A stretch of DNA of 64,000 bases from Antarctobacter sp. GTDB taxonomy: Bacteria > Pseudomonadota > Alphaproteobacteria > Rhodobacterales > Rhodobacteraceae. This document shows, piece after piece, positions 57,712 through 64,000 of the stretch. The stretch lies in the NCBI RefSeq assembly GCF_034670325.1, contig NZ_JAXMNR010000012.1, forward strand, positions 16,350 through 80,349, given 5' to 3'. Below the pieces are notes generated by a model. That model was not told the origin of the DNA, did not search any database, and worked only from the letters and a program-made list of their open reading frames with translations. Numbering within the stretch: position 1 is the first letter of the stretch; each line of letters opens with the position of its first letter. Position numbers and translations under genes: made by a program.

Positions 57712-59067
57712 ATGCCAAAAACTCCCACAGTTTCCGTCATCATCTCGGCGTACAACCGGCCCAAGGTCATCCCCTATGCCATACAGAGCGTTCTGGACTC
57801 GGATTTCGACGATTGGGAAATGATCGTCGTCGGCGACGGCTGCAACGCCGAGACAGAGGCCGCGATCCGGGCTTTCCCGGACAACCGCATCCGGTTCCAC
57901 AATCTCCCGGAAAACACGGGTCATCAATCGGCGCCGCACAACGCCGGTGTCGAAATGGCGCGCGGCAAATACGTCTTCTTTCTGAATCAGGACGACATGT
58001 ATTTCCCCGACCACATCGGGGCGCGCGTCGCGTTCATGGAGGAAGCAGGGACGGATATTTCGTGGTCGCCGATCCTGTTGCTGCAACAGTCGGGCACCGA
58101 CAGCGGTCCCGTGGACCCGGCAAAGGACAAACTGATTTTGGATGGGGCTGTTGCTGACGGTAAATTTGACCCCAGAGCCTTTGTCATTTCGTCCTGTTGG
58201 GCGGTGCGCCGGGACATGTGCCACAAGGTCGGGCCGTGGCTGCCAGTTGACCAGACACGGCTTTCGCCCTCGCAAGAATGGTTAAGCAGGGCACAAAAGC
58301 AAGGACGGACCATGGCCTTTCACCGCCATGTTTCGGTGTTGTGTATTCATTCCGGGGTCCGGCGCTATTCCTATGTAACGCCTGAGAGCCCGGAACATGC
58401 ACGGGCGTGGTCGTGGATCTGCGACGGTCCGCTGACGCGTCTGCAATTGCTGAACTGCGCCGCTATCCACATGGCGGGCGATTTGTTTGTGACCCAGAAC
58501 CTGCTGAAGGAATACCGGCGCCCCTTGTTGGCGATTGCACAGAGGGTCGGGCGGACATTCAGCCTGCATCCGGACGCGGTGCAACGTTTCTTCGATGGTA
58601 TGAAAAAAGGCGGGTGGGTCGACAACCATACCAAGTTCACCAAAAACACGCCCCCGGAGCTCGCTCCGGGGCAGTCAGTGCAGTTTGGAACCAGCGACGC
58701 GGACGATCTGGTCGGTCCCGGCTGGCACAACGGCGAGCCAAGCGGTCGTTGGTCTGCGCAGGCAAGAGCGGATGTCATCTTTTATACGACTAACGAGAAC
58801 CTGTCGCTTGAACTGACCGGTCACAGCTTGCGACGGGACGATCAGGTCGATTTCTTGATCAACGGCAAGCCGGTACTGACCGCCTCTTTCGAGGACGAGC
58901 AGCCGCTGCCTATCCCTGTCCCGGACGCTGGCCTTTGCGTTCTCACGATTGTCGTAAAGAACCCGACCAGCCCGCATGCGCTTGGTCTGGCAGAGGACAG
59001 CCGCGTTCTGGGTGTCCACCTGTCCTCTGTCAAGTTGGTGGTTCCGCCTCCCGTCGCGTTGGACTAG
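57712..59067 (+). CDS. family 2 glycosyltransferase with a ~200-aa C-terminal domain of unknown function
   Basis: GT-A fold motifs (VSVIISAYN, DxD-like DDWE, QDDMYFPDH). The start is at MPKTPTVSV; the ORF extends to 57670. Confidence 0.7.
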   Translation: MPKTPTVSVIISAYNRPKVIPYAIQSVLDSDFDDWEMIVVGDGCNAETEAAIRAFPDNRIRFHNLPENTGHQSAPHNAGVEMARGKYVFFLNQDDMYFPDHIGARVAFMEEAGTDISWSPILLLQQSGTDSGPVDPAKDKLILDGAVADGKFDPRAFVISSCWAVRRDMCHKVGPWLPVDQTRLSPSQEWLSRAQKQGRTMAFHRHVSVLCIHSGVRRYSYVTPESPEHARAWSWICDGPLTRLQLLNCAAIHMAGDLFVTQNLLKEYRRPLLAIAQRVGRTFSLHPDAVQRFFDGMKKGGWVDNHTKFTKNTPPELAPGQSVQFGTSDADDLVGPGWHNGEPSGRWSAQARADVIFYTTNENLSLELTGHSLRRDDQVDFLINGKPVLTASFEDEQPLPIPVPDAGLCVLTIVVKNPTSPHALGLAEDSRVLGVHLSSVKLVVPPPVALD

Positions 59068-59126
59068 TTTCCGGCGGCGTGCGCAAGACCGCGGGTTTAC
59101 CGCACTGAAATGAAAAGGGGAACCGA

Positions 59127-60344
59127 ATGGAAATTGCGGTCTTGGGTGGTGGTTTGCAGGGCTGCTGTCTGGCGTTGGCACTGGCCGAACGCGGGCAGCG
59201 CGTGGCCCTGTTTGACAAGAACGCAAGCCTCATCAGCCGCGCAGGCGCGGCCAATGAGGGCAAGATCCATCTCGGCTACATGTACGCCAATGACGCAAGC
59301 TTGCGGACGGCTGCGGTGATGGCGCGCGGCGCACTTGCCTTTGATCCTTTCATGCGCAAGTTCCTCGGCAGCGGGTCACCGGCCTTTGAAACCTCGTCCC
59401 CGGCCGCCTATGTCGTTCACCGCGATTCTCAGCGACCGGCGGATGAGGTTGCCCATTATCTGCAAGCCGCGCACGGCAAGATCGTCGAAACGGTCAATGG
59501 CGGAACCGCGCAATACTTTGGCCAAGATGTCATGCCGGGACCGCGCCGCTGGACCCGCGCGGAACGAGAGAACGAATTCGATGGCGCAGTGGCGGTGGAC
59601 GCCTTCGAGACGTGCGAAGTGGCCGTGAACCCGACGGCACTGGCCAGCGAGTTGGGTGACTGTGTCCACAATCACCCGAATATCGACGTACACCTGAACT
59701 GCGAAATCCAGTCGGCGGAAGCCGAAAGCGCCTCCATCGCGGTCGCGGGGCAATGCATGGGCGAAAAGTTTCGCCGCAACTTTGATCATGCGGTGAATGC
59801 CTTGTGGGATGGCCGATTGGCCCTGGACCGGAGCTTTGGCGTAACGACAGAGCGACCTTGGCTGCACAGGCTGAAGTATGGCGTGAGCGTTAAGCTCCCG
59901 ACGGGTGCCCCGGTGCCCCAAAGTGCAACATTCATATCGGGGCCTTTCGGCGAAGTCGTCACCTACCCGGACGGCCAGATCTACCTGACATGGTATCCAA
60001 CCTGCCTGCGCGCAATCACTTCGGACGTGACACCACCCGACTGGCCCAATCGATGCGAAGGTCCGTTAAGGGACGAAATCCTGTCCGGAACCATTTCCCA
60101 GATGTCAGAGTTCATCCCGGCGTTGCGGGGCCTCGACCCCAAGGCAATGCCTGAGGCGATCGTGAAGGGGGGTGCGATCGTGGCCGTCGGCGAAACCGAC
60201 ATTTATGACCCGCAAAGCGAACTTCACAACCGTTATGAAATCGGCATCACGAGTTCCGGCCGCTACCATTCCATTGACCCCGGCAAGCTGACCATGGCCC
60301 CTTATTTTGCTGACGAGTTTACAGGAGCATTGCTGGGCATTTGA
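59127..60344 (+). CDS. FAD-dependent oxidoreductase
   Basis: N-terminal dinucleotide-binding motif IAVLGGGLQGCCLALALAERG. 405 aa. Confidence 0.7.
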   Translation: MEIAVLGGGLQGCCLALALAERGQRVALFDKNASLISRAGAANEGKIHLGYMYANDASLRTAAVMARGALAFDPFMRKFLGSGSPAFETSSPAAYVVHRDSQRPADEVAHYLQAAHGKIVETVNGGTAQYFGQDVMPGPRRWTRAERENEFDGAVAVDAFETCEVAVNPTALASELGDCVHNHPNIDVHLNCEIQSAEAESASIAVAGQCMGEKFRRNFDHAVNALWDGRLALDRSFGVTTERPWLHRLKYGVSVKLPTGAPVPQSATFISGPFGEVVTYPDGQIYLTWYPTCLRAITSDVTPPDWPNRCEGPLRDEILSGTISQMSEFIPALRGLDPKAMPEAIVKGGAIVAVGETDIYDPQSELHNRYEIGITSSGRYHSIDPGKLTMAPYFADEFTGALLGI

Positions 60345-60561
60345 ATTAACACGCTCTTAAGGACAAGCCGCGAAAGGGACTCATGTACACCGTAGCACGC
60401 AGAAAAGTCCTGAAAGCCGATGCCGCCTGCCGCATCGAGGCGGCACTCGACAGGCACTCGACAGGCAGACCCAACTCAACCTGAGCTCGCGCTTGGTGGG
60501 GCATTAAAAGACGACCATAAACCGTCGCAGCGAGCGAGACGGAAGATTACCCAGTATTCGA

Positions 60562-61494
60562 TCAAACAGGTGAACGGGGGGTCATCTTCCATAGCGGGCT
60601 CTCAGTTGTGACTTTCCTTACGATTGCTGCAAAATCACGCGCTTTTCGGCTAACTTTTCGGTCTGGCTGAACCATAATGACCCTCGCCATGACATCAGGA
60701 ACAGAGATCGGCAGAAAGACGACATCGGGGCTCGCAGATGTACGCGAGGATTCGGGTAACACAGCGATCCCAAGCCCAGAGGCCACAAGGCAAATACCGC
60801 CGGCGGTGTCCGAGAAGACCCCGACAATACGCGGGGACACGTCATGGCGGGCGATGGCCATCCGCAGTGAGGTACTATAATCGGTGCCTACCTTGTCTGT
60901 GAAAAGGACGATTGGCTGCTGATCAAGGTCATCAATAGTCAGTTCTGTTCGCTGCGCGAGAGGATGATCTTTGTGAACGCCCGCGCAGAGACCTTCTTCG
61001 CAGACCTGTTCCGCGAGGAAAGAACCCGGGATGCTGGCGGGGCGAACCAACGCGATGTCCAAATCTGCCGCTTCCAGAGCTTTGAGCTGTGCGCTTGTCG
61101 TCATGCCAAAGACGTCGACAATAACAGCGGGATAGAGTTCGCGAAACTCCTTCAGAACCATCGGAAGGATATACACGCACGCAGGACGAATTGCGCCGAT
61201 ACGCAGGCGTCCGCCCTCTGCGCTGCTGGCGGCGCGCGCATGGCTGACGCCTTCGTCAAGGGTGTCGATGATGGTCTCGCAATACTCCAGAAACTTCATG
61301 CCGCCTTCTGTCAGGGACACCCGGCGCGTCGTTCGGTCAAACAACTTCGTGCCCACGCGATCTTCGAGTTGCCTGATCTGTTGACTGTAGGGGGCCTGCG
61401 ATATGCCGACAGTGTCTGCCGCACGGCCAAAATGAAGCTCCCGCGCGAGAACCATAAAATAGCGAATATGACGCAGTTCGATCTGGTTTTGCAT
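60562..61494 (-). CDS. LysR family transcriptional regulator
   Basis: LysR HTH (LRHIRYFMVLARELHFGRAADTVGISQAPYSQQIRQLE) plus a C-terminal substrate-binding domain. The ORF extends to 61539. Confidence 0.85.
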   Translation of the reverse strand: MQNQIELRHIRYFMVLARELHFGRAADTVGISQAPYSQQIRQLEDRVGTKLFDRTTRRVSLTEGGMKFLEYCETIIDTLDEGVSHARAASSAEGGRLRIGAIRPACVYILPMVLKEFRELYPAVIVDVFGMTTSAQLKALEAADLDIALVRPASIPGSFLAEQVCEEGLCAGVHKDHPLAQRTELTIDDLDQQPIVLFTDKVGTDYSTSLRMAIARHDVSPRIVGVFSDTAGGICLVASGLGIAVLPESSRTSASPDVVFLPISVPDVMARVIMVQPDRKVSRKARDFAAIVRKVTTESPLWKMTPRSPV

Positions 61495-61653
61495 GTCTGT
61501 CGCTTTTCGGTCCATCAGGTTGATCAGACGATCATGCATCCCTCAATTAAGACTTCAATCAAAATAATCATATATCCACTACTCCCTTTCTACGTCTAAC
61601 TGGTCGTGCCTAGGATGGGTCATCCTGCACACACACGCTCTCTTGGGGGATTG

Positions 61654-62571
61654 ATGGAATTCTGGCTCACACGAACGTTCAGGCTCGCTCTGACGCTCTT
61701 TGTTGTGGTGACACTAACCTTTATCTTGCTTCGCACATCTTATGATCCGGTCGTGGCGATGCTGGGCCCTGACGCGACCAACCGTGAGATCGAGATGTTT
61801 CGCAGCCGGTGGAACCTGGATAAGCCGATGTTCGATCAGTACATCGCTTACCTCACCAACGCGATGCGCGGTGACTTTGGCGACTCTTTCCGCGACGGAA
61901 GACCGGTGTTCGAGGTGATCGCCGAGCGGTTCCCAAAAACCCTTTGGCTGGGCGGCGTGTCGTACCTTTTCGCCATCCTTGTGGGCGTTCCTGCCGGAAT
62001 TCTGGCTGCGCTGTACCGGGGGTCGATTTTTGATCGCTCCATCATGGTCGTGTCGGTTGTCGGCTTTGCTCTGCCCAACTTCTTTCTTGGGATCCTGATG
62101 ATCCTGCTCTTCTCGCTTGTGTTGCAGGTCCTGCCCAGTTCCGGGGCAAGTTCGTGGGCGCATATCATAATGCCCGCATTTGCATTGGGTCTGACCTTGG
62201 CCGGCATTCTGGCGCGCTTTACCCGCTCTGCCATGCTGGAGGTCTTGTCGAAGACCTACATGCTTGCCGCCGAAGCCAAGGGCATCCGCCCGGTCCGTCG
62301 CGCTGTCTTTCATGCGCTTCCCAATGCTGCACTATCGGTCATCACGATCATGGGTCTGATCCTGGGTAATCTGGTCGCGGGCACGGTTGTCGTGGAAACG
62401 GTTTTCGCATGGCCTGGCATCGGGCGGCTTCTGGTGTCGGCCATTTCATCGAAAGATCTGGCCGTGGTTCAGGCGCTGGTCTTTGTCATCGCCGCCGCAA
62501 TGGTCCTTATCAATCTGTTGGTTGATCTGTCGTATCGACTGCTTGATCCACGCACGAGGCGTTCAACATGA
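61654..62571 (+). CDS. ABC transporter permease (DppB/OppB type)
   Basis: BPD-transporter domain with an EAA-like loop (YMLAAEAKGIRP). Start at MEFWLTRTF with a GGGGGA RBS. Confidence 0.8.
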   Translation: MEFWLTRTFRLALTLFVVVTLTFILLRTSYDPVVAMLGPDATNREIEMFRSRWNLDKPMFDQYIAYLTNAMRGDFGDSFRDGRPVFEVIAERFPKTLWLGGVSYLFAILVGVPAGILAALYRGSIFDRSIMVVSVVGFALPNFFLGILMILLFSLVLQVLPSSGASSWAHIIMPAFALGLTLAGILARFTRSAMLEVLSKTYMLAAEAKGIRPVRRAVFHALPNAALSVITIMGLILGNLVAGTVVVETVFAWPGIGRLLVSAISSKDLAVVQALVFVIAAAMVLINLLVDLSYRLLDPRTRRST

Positions 62572-63410
62572 TGGGTCGCATCAACCCTGTCACCGCTGCC
62601 GCTGCGGCGTTCCTTGTTGTGGTCGCATTGCTTGCCATCCTGGGTGAGTATGCCGCGCCACATGATCCCTACAAACAAAACCTGTTGTCGCGTTTGACTG
62701 GGCCCGCATGGACCGAAGAGGGATCGAGAGAGTTTCTTTTGGGGACGGACAAGCTTGGCCGTGATCTGTTGTCCCGCCTGATCGTCGGGCTGCAAATGTC
62801 TGTCGGCGTCGCGCTTTTGGGGACCTTCATCGGTGCCTTGGTCGGAACAATCGTAGGGTTCATTTCCGGTCACTTTGAAGGTTGGGTCGACAACGTCCTG
62901 ATGATGGTTGTGGATATTCAGCTGTCGCTGCCGTTCATCCTGATCGCGCTGACACTGCTGGCGTTCTTTGGAAACTCCATGCCTCTCTTCATTCTGCTGA
63001 TGGGAATGTACGGCTGGGAAACCTATGCGCGTCTGGCGCGTGGCCTTGTGTTGTCAGCCAAACGGCAAACCTACTCGGCGGCTATCGTGTCACTTGGGGC
63101 GACATCCGGGCGGCTCTATCTCCGCCACATCCTGCCCAATATCGCCAGTGCGCTGATCGTGCAGCTGACGTTGACCATTCCAGCGATCATCCTTCTTGAA
63201 ACGGCGCTGAGCTTTCTTGGGCTTGGCATTCAGCCGCCCGATACCAGCCTTGGCCAGATCCTTGGGGAGGGCCGCGATTATCTGGCCTCAGCTTGGTGGA
63301 TTGCCGTGTTCCCGGGACTGATCATTTTCTGCATCACCCTGTCCGTTGGCGTTGTGGGCGACGCCTTGCGCGACAAATTCGATCCGACGCTAAAGGCCCG
63401 TCAATCTTAA
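62568..63410 (+). CDS. ABC transporter permease (DppC/OppC type)
   Basis: N-terminal OppC-like region (EYAAPHDPY) and a permease core. Overlaps the upstream gene by 4 nt. Confidence 0.8.
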   Translation: MMGRINPVTAAAAAFLVVVALLAILGEYAAPHDPYKQNLLSRLTGPAWTEEGSREFLLGTDKLGRDLLSRLIVGLQMSVGVALLGTFIGALVGTIVGFISGHFEGWVDNVLMMVVDIQLSLPFILIALTLLAFFGNSMPLFILLMGMYGWETYARLARGLVLSAKRQTYSAAIVSLGATSGRLYLRHILPNIASALIVQLTLTIPAIILLETALSFLGLGIQPPDTSLGQILGEGRDYLASAWWIAVFPGLIIFCITLSVGVVGDALRDKFDPTLKARQS

Positions 63411-63440
63411 AGAAAAACGCTGACAAAAGGGAGACTACAA

Positions 63441-64000
63441 CATGATCACACGTCGTAATCTGAACAAATCCTTACTGGGCGCGAGCGCGTTGGCGCTTGG
63501 CACGCTTCCCAGTATCGGCATGGCCCAAGATCGCCCCGCCATTCGTATCGCGGTCGATAACCTCTGGCGCACGATGTCCCCCCTGAACGGCCTGTCCACG
63601 ACCGGCAACCGCATCAACATCAACTTCTACGAAGCCCTGACAGAAGTTGACTGGCTCAATGACCCTACCGGCGCGACCGTTATACCGAAACTCGCAACCA
63701 GCTGGGAACGTGATGGCGTGGTCTGGCGCATCACGTTGCGCGAAGGTGTGATGTTCCACCACGGTGTCGAAATGACAGCCGAAGACGTGGCGTTCACCCT
63801 GTCGCATGAACGCTTGCGGGCCGACGATGCCTATGAATCACGCGGAGCGATCTTCAGCTCGAATATGGTGCGGGTCGATGCCGTCGAAAGATATGTCGTT
63901 GAAATCGAGACAGATTCACCCGACCCGAACATGCCGCAAAAGCTGTCCAACCACCACGCCAAGGTCGTCCCGAAAGATCATTACCTTGAGGTTGGTGTTG
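63441..64000 (+). CDS. ABC transporter substrate-binding protein, family 5 (partial, continues past the window end)
   Basis: Signal peptide MITRRNLNKSLLGASALALGTLPSIGMAQ followed by an SBP5-like N-terminus. Confidence 0.7.

Noticed and set aside
57184-58275. 363-aa ORF on the minus strand
   Set aside because: Antisense to the GT2 glycosyltransferase. No start-site support.
1-64000. CRISPR array
   Set aside because: No run of regularly spaced direct repeats was seen anywhere in the window. The only recurring short motifs are the three SD-TATTTT..CCAAGAAGAAGC copies and the CGCAAT cluster, neither of which has a repeat-spacer periodicity.

Overview
This is a high-GC alphaproteobacterial chromosomal window, with Rhodobacteraceae-like gene content. 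The most interesting observations are: four tightly coupled NTF2-like/cupin genes inserted between fadA and fadB; a 20-21 nt motif preceded by a Shine-Dalgarno sequence, present in three copies, two of them forming a MITE-like inverted pair; two atypical tandem tRNA-like genes next to a CGCAAT/TTGCGC repeat cluster; and a ctrA gene sitting inside a mobile-element scar next to a perfect CtrA box. What the window contains, left to right: (i) 1-3.4 kb is the integrase-proximal end of an integrated element at tRNA-Phe(GAA), carrying a tyrosine integrase and unknown cargo ORFs. (ii) selU and a selD fusion, together the tRNA 2-selenouridine pathway; selD carries an N-terminal pyridine-nucleotide oxidoreductase domain. 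(iii) A complete chemotaxis operon on the minus strand, in the order STAS-like, cheY, cheA, cheW, cheR, cheY, a 119-aa unknown, cheB, cheD. (iv) A fatty-acid beta-oxidation locus on the minus strand: large FadE-like acyl-CoA dehydrogenase, a small ribbon-helix-helix-like ORF, a second acyl-CoA dehydrogenase, a GST, fadA, four tightly coupled unknown NTF2-like/cupin genes, and fadB, with two divergent MerR (LiuR-like) regulators and two hotdog thioesterases upstream. (v) MATE, TetR, a medium-chain dehydrogenase/reductase (MDR) oxidoreductase and trpB. (vi) Two overlapping, atypical tRNA-like genes and an SPFH protein. (vii) DUF2237, a beta-lactamase-family hydrolase, pth, an antibiotic biosynthesis monooxygenase (ABM) family protein, rplY, an MFS transporter, a polysaccharide deacetylase and lldD. 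(viii) An H-NOX gene paired with a hybrid histidine kinase. (ix) trpA, ppk2, DUF2461, a second MATE, DUF805 and ychF. (x) A mobile-element scar at 47.8-57 kb: an IS6 transposase fragment, a tyrosine recombinase, unknown ORFs, an IS3-family element with its orfA/orfB frameshift, tRNA-Ser(GCU) and decayed RTX-like pseudogene fragments. A canonical ctrA and a perfect CtrA box are embedded in this scar. (xi) A GT2 glycosyltransferase, an FAD oxidoreductase, a LysR regulator and a Dpp-type ABC permease/binding-protein set. All calls rest on reading ORF translations and sequence motifs by eye; no database search or folding was run.
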